DNA from: Squalus acanthias
Taxonomy: Eukaryota
Direction: 5' to 3'
Assembly (NCBI GenBank): GCA_030390025.1
Contig: JASTWF010000036.1
Span: 2,544,001-2,608,000 of the forward strand
Length of the DNA: 64,000 nt
Shown: piece by piece, positions 25,411 through 37,700 of the stretch
Layout: each line of letters starts with the position of its first letter
How positions within the stretch are numbered: the first letter of the stretch is position 1
Notes under the pieces: model-generated
What the model saw: only the letters and a program-made list of their open reading frames with translations
Database searches by the model: none
What the model was told of the DNA's origin: nothing
Made by a program: the position numbers and the translations under genes

Positions 25411-26320
25411 AGGGCATCTAACCCTCAGTTCATTGCCAATTATCCCCAATCAGCATATCGGCTGGAACTGAAGGTGCTGGTCTGCTAAAAGATGGTTTTC
25501 CTCTCCTTGCTGTCTGTTGTGAATATAGTGACATTTTCACAATGAATTTAACCAAAGGAATCGAGAGTGTGCAGATTCCAGGCAGAAATCCTCTGGAGTA
25601 CAAGTCATACTTTCCTGAATCTGAACTCTGACATTAAAAAAAATGCAATGCTTGGAAAAGAAGCATCTTACAGATAGGCTTCCTTGTTTCCTAGACATAA
25701 AACTGGAAAAAGCGATATTTGGGGAAATGTTAACATTTCTTTCAGCATCACATGAAATCCCAAAAATCCAAATGTGAGATTTTAATCCTCAGGAGGATAT
25801 TGGGAGCATATCTTCATTAAAAATAAAATATTATGGCTCGGATATTACTAGGGATAGACAGGAAATATATTTCTTTTAAATGCAAGAAAAAAATGTGAAT
25901 TTGAAAAGGAAATTAATTTATCTATTATGCCTCCAATAATAGTCTGAATAAGGCAGGATGAATTTTGTCCCAAAATGGCAACATTACTCCTTTTATACAA
26001 CATTCCCCACACCTGACTTTTGATGGGTATGGCCCCATTGACACTGATAGGAAAACAGTACCTCGCCCAAATTACCATTCATCATCTACGAGCCCTGACA
26101 GCAAACATTTGCAGGTTATTCAACTGTGGGTGAAGTAGAGGAAAGTCAATACTATCCTTGCCTAATGTCCACACACGCACTTTCCAGTAAAGCAGAGGGG
26201 TGGAGCCACTGGTAGCGATCAAGGGAGGAACCCGAGCTGATTAATTCCCCTCCCCAGCTACAATACACTGCACAATTCTGAGCTACCCAAATTAATGGAC
26301 GTACTGGCCGTTTATGCAGT

Positions 26321-26386
26321 TTTCTTGGGGGTTCTGCTGGTCTCCTGCTGAAGTAATGGCATGAGACCAGCAGAACCCCCAGGAAA
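26321..26386. repeat. Near-perfect 24-bp hairpin (mini-MITE-like)
   Basis: TTTCTTGGGGGTTCTGCTGGTCTC, 18-nt loop, GAGACCAGCAGAACCCCCAGGAAA; 23 of 24 bases complementary. Confidence 0.9.
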
Positions 26387-26403
26387 TTTCGGGGCTTCTA
26401 TGT

Positions 26404-26835
26404 ACGGTGGCATAGTGGTTAGCACTGGTGCCTCACAGCGCCAGAGACCCGGGTTCGAATTTGACCTCGGGTGACTGTCTGTGTGGAGTTTGCACATTCT
26501 CCCCGTGTCTGCGTGGGTTTCCTCCGGGTGCTCCGGTTTCCTCCCACAGTCCAAAAATGTGCGGGTTAGGTTGATTTGGCTATGATAAATTGACCCTTAG
26601 TGTTAGGGGGGATTAAATATGTGGGGTTATGGGGATAGGATGGGATATGTTAGGGGGAATTAAATACGTGGGGTTACGGGGGTAGGGTGGGATATGTGTA
26701 CTGTGGGGATTAAAGCAGGGACAGGGTACTGGATTTGGATGATCAGCCATGATCGTATTGAATGGCGGAGCAGGCTCGACGGGCCGAATGGCCTACTCCT
26801 GCTCCTAGATTCTATGTTTCTATGTTTCTATGTTT
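26404..26835 (+). mobile_element. HE1-like V-SINE, near-identical to 12344-12773
   Basis: Same head, V-domain, internal duplication and CR1 tail, with only a handful of differences. Left flank TTCTATGT equals the tail repeat unit. Confidence 0.9.
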
Positions 26836-27034
26836 CCTGGTCTATTAACATGACAGACAGTTTTAGGCACTATGCGACAATAGTTACTTTCCAAAACTGC
26901 AGGAATGTCTGTGCTCAGGATTCATTTAAAATATACTGGACAGAATGTATACCCATGTTAAGTCTTTGCTCCACTGGAGGAAGTTTGACTGCAGTTTTAC
27001 ATTCCCTACAAACAGCACCCTTCATGTCCACCTT

Positions 27035-28205
27035 ACAACAACAACCACCTGCATTTGACGTAGAAAAACTTCTCAAGGCGCTTCACAGAGGCAAAATCAA
27101 AAATCTGGTGCCAATCAAAAGGAGGAAATATTAGGAGGGCCAAACGAAAGCTTGGTTAAAGACATAGGCCCGGATATTCCGATCCCTACGGGTTGGTACG
27201 CGCTGTGTACCCACCCGTAGGGACACCGGGAATGCAGGTTTCAGGCATGCACAGCGCATGCACTGAAAACCAGCATTTCCGATCTGTCAAGAATGGTCTT
27301 GACAGATCCTCCGGCTGCCCTAGAGAAGGGCCTCTGCGGGCGGATAGTTCCGCTTTTTGGAGACCCTCCGCCCACAGAAAACACTTACAATTCTTGCGCC
27401 TGGTAAAAGCAGGATAAGAGTTGAAAAAAGTAAAAGAAAAACAAAAAAATTTTCTCACTGATTTATCATTTAAAAATACTTTAAAAAAAGGTAAGTTTAT
27501 TTTTAGCCCCGTAAAAAACTTTAATTATTTTTTTCAAAAAATTTAATTTTTGTTTAAAATACTTAATTTATTGTAATTTCAAGTCATTTTAAAAATGAGT
27601 TTTTTTTAAATTTATTTAAAGTTTTACTATGTTTTTTCATTGATCTCCATTCATATATTTGACAGGTCTTCCTGTCAAATGTATGAAGGGAGATTCCCTT
27701 CTGTGATTGGCTGCGAACTACATGCGCCTCTGGGATACGTGGGCCCTGCGCACTTGGAGAGGCCCAGGAGCGGAAGTGTGCGCGTCCCGGGAGCCCTCAG
27801 GTAAGGGCGCAGATTTTTCCAGATCGCAGGTCTCCGCCCGCGGGAGGCCTGTGATCGGAAAATACGGGCCATAAACTTTAAGGAGATTCTTAAAGGAGGA
27901 AAGGATGTTTATAAGCAGAGGGGTTTAGGCAAGGAATTCCAAAGCGTAGGGCCTAGGCAGCTTAAAGCACGGCTGCCAATAATGCGGCAAAGGTGGGGTT
28001 GGGGGGCTCAAGGAAAGAGGCCAGAGTCAGAGGAGCAGAGAGCTCATGGGATTTTGAAGGGCTTGGGGTGGTTACAGAGACAGAGATTTAAATACAAGGA
28101 TCAAAATTCTAAATTTGAGGCGTTTGAAGACCGGAAGCCAATGTAGGTCAGCAAGAACAGTGGTGATAGGTGAGTGAGACATGGTGTGGGATAGGATATG
28201 GATGC
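27035..28205 (-). mobile_element. L2 LINE 3' fragment split by a MITE insertion
   Basis: Homologous to 15065-15665 (SPITTVLADLHWLPVFKRLKFRILILVFKSL; CAACAACAA...GCATTT...CAAGGCGCTTCACAG). Interrupted at 27167-27870. Confidence 0.8.
27167..27870. mobile_element. PIF/Harbinger-type MITE (704 bp; element C)
   Basis: TIR GGCCCGGATATTCCGATC / GATCGGAAAATACGGGCC (16 of 18). Perfect 3-bp TSD ATA. GC-rich arms with an extremely AT-rich core (27420-27660). Confidence 0.85.
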
Positions 28206-28322
28206 AGCTTTGCAATGCCTCCTGACAGTTTTCAAATCTGGACCACCACTGGACCTTGATCAAGTCTTTTTTTTTAATCCATGTATCTTAACAGTTACCT
28301 CGCAATACTGCTCAGTATCTTT

Positions 28323-29155
28323 GGGCTGGATTTTCAATGACCCGTGGAGTCGGGTTTGGAGGCGTGTGGGGGGTTAAAGTTGCAGATTCGGGGGTCCCGA
28401 CCCCATCCCGCCTCCAAGCCAGTTTCGCTGGTGGCAGGTACCCGACCTGTGCTGGGACCCGACTCCCCGAGGCGGGAAGGGATTAGTGACAATTAACTGC
28501 TTGTTAACAGGTAGTTAACAGGCAGATTTTTGCCTAATCCCTATTTTGACAGCTGAAATGTGGGCTTCCCGACAGGTGGCAACCATGCCAAGTTAGCGAG
28601 GCGGACCGTGGGTCTGCAGGGGTTGGAGAGGTCGATATGTCCAGTGGGCAGGTGAGTGATGAGTGCATGTGTGCAGAGGTAAGTGTGTAAGGTAAGTGCT
28701 AAGTGTGGGAAAAAGTTTTACTTACCTTAACCTCCTCCTGCAGGTGTCAGCCCTTCAGTTCTCGGGAGTCAGAAATCTCACCGGCACAGAAAGCAGAAAA
28801 GCCGTGGTGCTGTCAAAAACTGCAGCCTTCTGTTTTCTGTGGTGGAATGATTTCTAACTCAGCCTGAGAGGAAGGACTCAAGTTAGAAATCATATTGTCA
28901 GTGTTTGACAGCTTCACAGAGCTGTCAAACGCTGATATTTCATCTGTCAAAAGCTCTTGACAGATGGAATGTCAATCTGTGACGTCACCTGTTGCCGGGT
29001 GGCCCTTAATTGGCCTGCTGAGCTCACTGGGCGGGCTCAACAAGGTCAATCAAGGGAAAATACAGTGGGTTGGCCACATCTCGATGGAGGCGGGTCTACA
29101 ACCCAAAATGTGGGATTCACGACACCAACCCGACCCCAGTATCAAAATCCAGCCC
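28323..29155. mobile_element. PIF/Harbinger-type MITE (833 bp; element A)
   Basis: Perfect 12-bp TIR GGGCTGGATTTT / AAAATCCAGCCC. TSD TTT/TTT. Collinear paralog at 29336-30167. Confidence 0.88.
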
Positions 29156-29184
29156 TTTGACTTCATAGTTTATTTGAGGAGCTA

Positions 29185-30772
29185 GAATACAAGCTACATG
29201 GTACAATTTTAAAAGGGTGTACAAGAACAGAGCGCCCTAGGGGTGTTTGTGCACAAATCTTTGAAGGGGGCAGGACAGGTTAACAAAGCAGTTAATAAAG
29301 CATATGGGATCCTGGGCTTTATAAATAGAGGCTTAGGGCTCGATTTTCCAAGCCCCGTGGAGGCAGATTTGGAGGCGGGAAAATTGCAGATTCGGGGGGC
29401 ACGTACCCATCCCGCCCCCAAACCGCCTCCATGCCAATGTCCCAGGAGGCGGGTACCCGACCTGTGCTAGGAGCCGCCTCCCCGAGGCGGGAAGGGGATT
29501 AGTGCCAATTAACTGCCTGTTAACAGGTACTTAACAGGCAGTTTTTTGGCTAATCCCTATTTTTAGCCCTGAAGTGTGGGCTGCCCGACGGCTCCAAACC
29601 ACGCCAAGTTAGCGAGGCGAACCGTCGGTCTGCAGGGCTTGGAGGGGTCGAGATGTCCGGTGTACAGGTGAGTGATGGGTGCATGAGTGCAGAGGTAAGT
29701 GTGTTTGGTGTGTGTAAAGTGTTTTAATAAGTTTTACTTACCTTTACTTTCCCCTCCAGGCTTCCTCCCTTCAGTTCTTGGGAGTCCCTCAGCTCACCGG
29801 CACAGAAAGCAGAATGGCCGCTGAGCTGTCAAAAGCTGCAGCCTCTGCTTTCTGGTCTGGAGAGCTCTCTAACTGAGTCTGAGTAGAAGGACTCAAGTTA
29901 GAAGACAGATTGTCAGTGTTTGACAGCTTCACAGAGCTATCAAATGCTGATATTTCATCTGTCAAGAGCTCTTGACAGATGAAATGTCAATCGCTGACGT
30001 CACCAGTATCCAGGTGTCCCTTGATTGGCCTGAGCCCGCTGGGCGGGCTTAACAAGGTCAATCAAGGGAAAGTAGCGTGGGTTGGCAACAAATCGATGGA
30101 GGCGGGACTACAACCCAAAAAGTGGGAATCCCGCCTCCATCACGTCCCCATTGACAAAATCGCGCCCATAGAGTGCAAAAGCCAGGAAGTTATGCTAAAC
30201 CTCTATAAAACACTAGTTCAGCCCCAGCTGGAGTATTGGGTCCAATTCTGGGCACCATACTTTAGGAAGGATGTGAAGGCTTTAGAGAGGGTGCAGAAAA
30301 GATTTACAAGAATGGTTCCAGGGATGAGGGATTACAGTTATGTGGAGAGACTGGAGAAGCTGGGGTTGTTCTCCTTAGAGCAGAGAAGGTTAAGAGGAGA
30401 TTTGATAGAGGTGTTTAAAATCATGAAGTGTTTAGATAGAGTAAATAAAGAGAAACGGTTTCCAATGGCTGAAGGGTCGATAACCACAGGGCACAGATTT
30501 AAGGTGATCGGCAAAAGACCCAGAGGCGACATGAGGGAAAACTTTTTTTTACACAACGAGTGGTTTAGGATTTGGAATGCACTGCCTGATAGAGTGGTGG
30601 AAACAGATTCAAAAGGGAATTGGATAAATACCTGAAGGAGAAACAATGGCAGGGATATGGGGAAAGAGCGGGGGAGTGGGACTAACTGGATTGCTCTTCG
30701 AAAGAGGCGGCACAGACTCGATGGGCCGAACAGCCTCCTTCTGTGCTGTACTATTGTATGATTCTATGATTC
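29185..30772 (+). mobile_element. CR1 LINE 3' portion (interrupted by MITE B)
   Basis: VNKAVNKAYGILGFINRG...QPQLEYWVQFWAPYFRKDVKALERVQKRFTRMVPG...WNALP. (ATTCTATG)n tail. Confidence 0.92.
29336..30167. mobile_element. PIF/Harbinger-type MITE (832 bp; element B) inserted in a CR1
   Basis: TIR GGGCTCGATTTT / AAAATCGCGCCC. Flanks TTA/ATA. Removing the element and one 3-bp copy restores the CR1 frame GILGFINRG|IECKSQEVMLNLYKTLV. Confidence 0.9.
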
Positions 30773-32029
30773 TCATTGGGATAATTTTACAGCTTGTGGA
30801 GGATCCGAAAGCAAATACACCAAATATCCCATGGGCAGTTGATATTACAGCTGCACACCAGAGAAAAGATCCAATGTTTCTAAAGTGAATAGCCTGCCAA
30901 TGAGAAAAATAAATTGGTGTTTGATGTTGTACCACAAGATGTCAGTAGTACATTTAACAAATTCTACAGAACATCTCATTCATAAGGCATGCCAAAACTA
31001 TTGCACCAACTATTTCTCCAGTTTGACTATGAGCAAGGCTTTCACAGTGCATTGCACCAGGGCTAGTGCTGCATTTATCACAAGAGAAACTCAAGCCCAA
31101 ATTCTGAATATCTGTCCAATGTGTCATCCTTACATGAAAGCACAATTGAACATTCCACCAACCGCAGCAATTCCTAATGTTCAATTATGCTTTCATGTTG
31201 AAAGTCAAATCAATGTCCATAGAATTTATCACAAAAGGTAATATTTTCCCTTCAGAAATAATTACTAGTTCGGAATGATTCAAAAAAATATTCAAGTATC
31301 CTCGATATGAAAAACACAAACATATTATAAACCCTTTACAGTAGAGATACCATACTTTACAGTAGAGTGGATCAAGACCTCAGCTGATAATGTACCTTTA
31401 AAGTATAACCCAAACTTTAACTTTACAACATACTTTAAGCCACATTTTAAGCAAATATTACATGGAGAACTAACAAATTTACTGGCTGAAATCTCTGTGT
31501 GGATGTTTCTGTAAGCTCATTTTCACTTGCCACCAATGCTGGTTAATGGCTTATCATCCAAGTGGGTAGAATATGGTGATTATGGCAACCTCCTCCAATT
31601 TAGTGACAAGGAGGGATGGAAAACACATAGGAACAATTTCCCGTGGCAGTAAGGGGATACCACTCACTAACTGGAAGATCTATATTATTTCCTTTGAACT
31701 GCAAGAACTGTAGCATCCAAGGTTGATATAGATAATCTTAAGCAAGAACCCACTGCTCACTTGTAGCTAAGTATTAAAACATCTTTCTAAAAAAAGGCCT
31801 CGGAAGTGCAGTATGTTGGTACAACACACTATCACATTGTGTGCTAGACCATGGCTATACACCTGCAACCTCTAATCAAATTCCTAATTTCAGCTATGCT
31901 GTGGGCAGAAGGCCAGGTACTTTCTCCACAGAAAAGGAGAGAAACTCAGAGATAATCACCTAGTTTACCTAGTGGCTGATTTCACAAGTGGCATTAGCAG
32001 GGGTCACCTCGCCACTCATTTGGCTGCCG

Positions 32030-33140
32030 ATCGTTTGACCTTCAGCTGAGTTTCCGACCCCATACACTTCTCCATCACAAAGGTCGCTTACTTCCACCTC
32101 CACAACATTCCCCGCCACCGCCCCTACCTCAGCCACTTCGCTGCTGAAGCTTGTATACATACCTTTCTTACCTCCAGCTTCAACTATTCCTATGCTCTCC
32201 TGGCTGACCTCCCTTCCTCCATCCCCATAAACTGCAACCTGTCCAAAACTCTGCTGAACACATCCTGTCCCACACTAAATCCTGCTCACCTATCCCCAAC
32301 TCCTCACTGACCTACAGACATTCAGGGCTGAAATTTGCCGGCGCTCAGAGTGCGGGTTTGGAGGCGGGTCCGCTGTCAAAATAGCAAAGATTGAGAGCGG
32401 ATAGGAAACCTGCTGTCAACCCGCCTCCATGAGAGTCTCCCAGGTGTCGGGTCTGTCTGCGCAGAACTGACCCAACAACAAGCGGCGGGGGAGACAATTT
32501 AGATCATTAAATGGCTTGTTAACACCTCAATGCTGCAGAACACTGACAGCACAACTGTCAAAATCAATTTGGACATGGTCCCTTTAAGGAAACCTGCTGA
32601 TGACGCATCAAATGATGTCATCAGATCCGCTTCCTGTTAATTGGCCGGGAACCCCGCAGGGCGGGCTTAACAAGGCCAATCTACGGAAAATCATTTTCAG
32701 AGAGCGGCTGCAGATGGGAGCGGGACCGGAACCCGCCAACCAGCTCCCCCGCCTCCGCAGGGAAAATCCAGCCTTCAGTGCTCCAGTGCGTCAGATTTAA
32801 AATCTTCATTCTTACCTTTAAATTTCTCTATGGCCTCGCCGTACCCTATTTCTGCAGTCTTTTCCAGCCCTGTATAGTCCCTTTGAACATGGTTTCTCTA
32901 ACTCTGGCCTTTTGTGCATCTCTCCCTCCCTTCACCCCACCATTGTTGGCAGAGTCTTGAGTCCCCTGGGTCTTATTCTCTGGAATTCCCTCCCTGAACC
33001 TCTCCACCTCCCTCTCTTTTTTTAAGAACCTTCTCAAAACCCAGCTGTTCAACTAAGCTTTCATTCAACCCTATCAATCTCTCCTTTATTGGCTCAGTGT
33101 CCATTTTCCTCATGCCTAGGAACATTTTTCACAACAAAGA
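32030..33140 (+). mobile_element. L2 LINE 3' fragment split by MITE D
   Basis: ITKVAYFHLHNI...SSFNYSYALLADLP...VQNSA...|FKIFILTFKFLYGLAVPYFCSL. Confidence 0.8.
32325..32774. mobile_element. PIF/Harbinger-type MITE (450 bp; element D), related to A/B
   Basis: Ends GGGCTGAAATTT / AAAATCCAGCCT. TSD TCA/TCA. Shares GGTTTGGAGGCG, CTTGTTAACA, TTAATTGGCC and GGGCGGGCTTAACAAGG.CAATC with A/B. Confidence 0.8.
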
Positions 33141-33449
33141 TATTGGTCTAAAAATCAGATTGCGTCCAAAAAAAGGGCGGGCGGGGGGCAAGATGGGATA
33201 GGGACTACCTGCACCAATTAGTACCAATACAGGCAGCACGCTGGTGCCTGCTGATTAGAATGATGTGAGTGTGCAGCCAGCACTATCTACACTATATTAT
33301 GCACGCCTATCGGAGTTTGCGGGGTGGCGGGGGGCAATATAGGGAGGCCAGGAAGCTACTTAAAGGCAGCCAGAACCTCTTAAAGGAGAGTTGCATTCCG
33401 GCTGCAAAAACTGTACAAGTTCTAGAAGAAATTGCTGAAGGAGAGATTG

Positions 33450-34410
33450 AGCAGGCACCAAGGTTCTCTGATGCTGCACTGTAGGCCTTGGTGCAGGCTG
33501 TGGAGAGGAGGGACATCCTCTTCCGCCCGCTCCCCCTCCCCACCCTAGGGACCAGGAAACCCTGCAGGCATCTACTCAGGAGGCAGTTGGAGGAGATCGG
33601 TGAGGACATCAATACCATGAGCATTGCGCCAAGAACATGGCAACAATGGATGAAAAATTCAATGATCTAACTAGAGTTAAGATAAGACTGCTGAAATACT
33701 TTCATCACAGCTTCATTAATTACAACACTCAACACTGCCCTCCCCCACTACCCTGCAATTACTGCACCACACTTCACTACATCTTTCTCCTCATGCTCAC
33801 ACACTCACCATTATTACAACGCTCACTTATCCACAACTCACACAAACACTGTCAGCTATTTAACCATGATAGCCACATTCTCCAAACTCCTCAGCTGACT
33901 CCCTAACACACTTCAATCTTTCTTGCAGGAGGTCGTATGCAACAGCAAGCTGCTAGCGGAGGAGGAAGAGCCCATCTGCACACCCTCTCACCCCTTGAAA
34001 AGAGTGTCCGAGCTATAATGGAAAAGCGGCAGAGTGGAGGTCGTGGCCACTGAGAACATTGGAGGAGACATTGTGTCGGGTTTCTTTATACCGAATTCTC
34101 TTTGTGCCTTCTGATTTCTCCTCACTCTACATACTTTGCATGACAAGCTACAGATGCGTTCAACACCCACTTCTCGCACTCTGCTCTCCCTTAAACCACA
34201 AGCTAACCCTTGTCCCTCTCGTTCATTTATGCTGCTACGAATGTCAACGCCCCACAGCCAGTGGAGGAAAAGCAGCACAGTGTTCGTGAAGATGCACCAT
34301 CACTTGATCTGACTCTTGCAAGAACCAGCTCGGATACAGACGCCACGCGTGCTTTAGAGGCTAGGCTAGAGGAGGCGGCCACATGTGGTGACTCACCGGG
34401 CATGTCTGCA
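33450..34410 (+). pseudogene. Decayed, intron-containing Myb/SANT-like DNA-binding gene of a Harbinger transposon (element E, from ~33145)
   Basis: QAPRFSDAAL*ALVQAVERRDILF...LLRRQLEEIGEDINTMSIAPRTWQQW/KFNDL (trihelix Myb/SANT pattern, with a stop and a frameshift). Acceptor TTTCTTGCAG at 33928 followed by SGGGRAHLHTLSPLEKSV. Acidic third segment at 34250-34410. Confidence 0.7.
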
Positions 34411-34779
34411 GCCAGACTATTTGTGAAGCAAAGAGCAACAACAGTGCAAGAGCAGCCAAACCTCGCTCTGTGCAGACAAAGTGAACTTTCCAGCGTGATA
34501 GAACACAGCAAATAATGCCTGGAAGTCAAGCAATAACCGGAAATACTAAACCAGCAACTAATCTGCAAGTACTGCATGATGCCTTTCAATAGCGCTGGTG
34601 AGGGGGCCTTCATGTCAGCTAGTGTCACGTTGTGCTGAGCGAGGGCAACACAGTGAGCAAAGCGCTGGGGCGGTCCAAAATGGAGAACGGGTGTTGCCGC
34701 CAATGCAACCTCTGCTACCAATATGGTAGGCAGCGCCCTTCCAGCTTTGGGGAGGGGGGGGGAGCGCGGTGGCTTCAGT

Positions 34780-37700
34780 GATCGGAGGGGGGGGGGGGGG
34801 TGGTGATCGCGGGGGAGACGGTGATCGTGGGTCTCGGTGATCAGGAGGCAGCGGGTCGGTGATCGCGGGTCTCGGTGATCAGGAGGCAGCGGGTCGGTGA
34901 TCGCGGGTCTCGGTGATCAGGAGGAGGCGGGTCGGTGATTGCGGGTCTCGGTGATCGGGGAGGAGGCGGGTCGGTGATCGCGGGTCTCGGTGATCGGGGG
35001 GGCGCTGGTCGGGGCGGTGATCGCGGGTTTCTGTGATCGGGGGTCTCGGTGATCAGGAGGCAACGGGGTCGGTGATCGTGGGTCTCGGTGCTCAGGAGGC
35101 GGCGGGTCGGTGATCGTGGGTCTCGGTGATCAGGAGGAGGCGGGTCGGTGATCGCGGGTCTCGGTGATCGGGGAGGAGGCGGGTCGGTGATCGCGGGTCT
35201 CGGTGATCGGGGGAGGCGCTGGTCGGGGCGGTGATCGCGGGTTTCTGTGATCGGGGGTCTCGGTGATCAGGAGGCAACGGGGTCGGTGATCGTGGGTCTC
35301 GGTGCTCAGGAGGCGGCGGGTCGGTGATCGTGGGTCTCGGTGATCAGGAGGAGGCGGGTCGGTGATCGCGGGTCTCGGTGATCAGGAGGAGGCGGGTCGG
35401 TGATCGTGGGTCTCGGTAATCGGGGAGGAGGCGGGTCGGTGATCGGGGAGGAGGCGGGTCGGTGATCGGGGAGGAGGCAGGTCGGTGATCGGGGAGGAGG
35501 CGGGTCTCGGTGATCGCGGAGGAGGCGGGTCGGTGATCGGGGAGGAGGCGGGTCTCGGTGATCGGGGAGGAGGCGGGTCGGTGATCGGGGAGGAGGCGGG
35601 TCTCGGTGATCGGGGGTCTCGGTGATCAGGGAGGAGGCGGGTCGGTGATCGTGAGTCTCGGTGATCGGGGAGGAGGCGGGTCGGTGATCGGGGAGGAGGC
35701 GGGTCGGTGATCGGGGAGGAGGCGGGTCGGTGATCGGGGAGGAGGCGGGTCGGTGATCGTGAGTCTCGGTGATCGGGGAGGAGGCGGGTCGGTGATCGTG
35801 GGTCTCGGTAATCGGGGAGGAGGCGGGTCGGTGATCGTGAGTCTCGGTGATCGGGGAGGAGGCGGGTCGGTGATCGTGAGTCTCGGTGATCGGGGAGGAG
35901 GCGGGTCGGTGATCGTGAGTCTCGGTGATCGGGGAGGAGGCGGGTCGGTGATCGTGGGTCTCGGTGCTCAGGAGGCGGCGGGTCGGTGATCGTGGGTCTC
36001 GGTGATCAGGAGGAGGCGGGTCGGTGATCGCGGGTCTCGGTGATCAGGAGGAGGCGGGTCGGTGATCGCGGGTCTCGGTGATCGGGAGGAGGCGGGTCGG
36101 TGATCGTGGGTCTCGGTAATCGGGGAGGAGGCGGGTCGGTGATCGGGGAGGAGGCAGGTCGGTGATCGGGGAGGAGGCGGGTCGGTGATCGGGGAGGAGG
36201 CGGGTCGGTGATCGGGGAGGAGGCGGGTCTCGGTGATCGGGGGTCTCGGTGATCAGGGAGGAGGCGGGTCGGTGATCGGGAGGAGGCGGGTCGGTGATCG
36301 GGGAGGAGGCGGGTCGGTGATCGTGAGTCTCGGTGATCGGGGAGGAGGCGGGTCGGTGATCGGGGAGGAGGCGGGTCGGTGATCGGGGAGGAGGCGGGTC
36401 GGTGATCGTGAGTCTCGGTGATCGGGGAGGAGGCGGGTCGGTGATCGGGGAGGAGGCGGGTCGGTGATCGTGAGTCTCGGTGATCGGGGAGGAGGCGGGT
36501 CGGTGATCGGGGAGGAGGCGGGTCGGTGATCGTGAGTCTCGGTGATCGGGGAGGAGGCGGGTCGGTGATCGGGGAGGAGGCGGGTCGGTGATCGGGGAGG
36601 AGGCGGGTCGGTGATCGCGGGTCTCGGTGATCGGGGAGGAGGCGGGTCGGTGATCGGGGAGGAGGCGGGTCGGTGATCGGGGAGGAGGCGGGTCGGTGAT
36701 CGTGGGTCTCGGTGATCGGGGAGGAGGCGGGTCGGTGATCGTGGGTCTCGGTAATCGGGGAGGAGGCGGGTCGGTGATCGGGGAGGAGGCGGGTCGGTGA
36801 TCGGGGAGGAGGCGGGTCGGTGATCGGGGAGGAGGCGGGTCGGTGATCGCGGGTCTCGGTGATCGGGGAGGAGGCAGGTCGGTGATCGTGGGTCTCGGTG
36901 ATCGGGGAGGAGGCGGGTCGGTGATCGGGGAGGAGGCGGGTCGGTGATCGGGGAGGAGGAGGGTCGGTGATCGTGAGTCTCGGTGATCGGGGAGGAGGCG
37001 GGTCGGTGATCGGGGAGGAGGCGGGTCGGTGATCGGGGAGGAGGCGGGTCGGTGATCGTGGGTCTCGGTAATCGGGGAGGAGGCAGGTCGGTGATCGTGG
37101 GTCTCGGTAATCGGGGAGGAGGCGGGTCGGTGATCGGGGAGGAGGCAGGTCGGTGATCGTGGGTCTCGGTGATCGGGGAGGAGGCGGGTCGGTGATCGCG
37201 GGTCTCGGTGATCGGGGAGGAGGCGGGTCGGTGATCGGGGAGGAGGCGGGTCGGTGATCGCGGGTCTCGGTGATCGGGGAGGAGGCGGGTCGGTGATCGC
37301 GGGTCTCGGTGATCGGGGAGGAGGCGGGTCGGTGATCGGGGAGGAGGCGGGTCGGTGATCGGGGAGGAGGCGGGTCGGTGATCGGGGAGGAGGCGGGTCG
37401 GTGATCGTGAGTCTCGGTGATCGGGGAGGAGGCGGGTCGGTGATCGTGAGTCTCGGTGATCGGGGAGGAGGCGGGTCGGTGATCGGGGAGGAGGCGGGTC
37501 GGTGATCGTGGGTCTCGGTGATCGGGGAGGAGGCGGGTCGGTGATCGTGGGTCTCGGTGATCGGGGAGGAGGCGGGTCGGTGATCGGGGAGGAGGCGGGT
37601 CGGTGATCGTGGGTCTCGGTGATCGGGGAGGAGGCGGGTCGGTGATCGGGGGTCTCGGTGATCGGGGAGGAGGCGGCTCGGTGATCGCGGAGGAGGCGGG

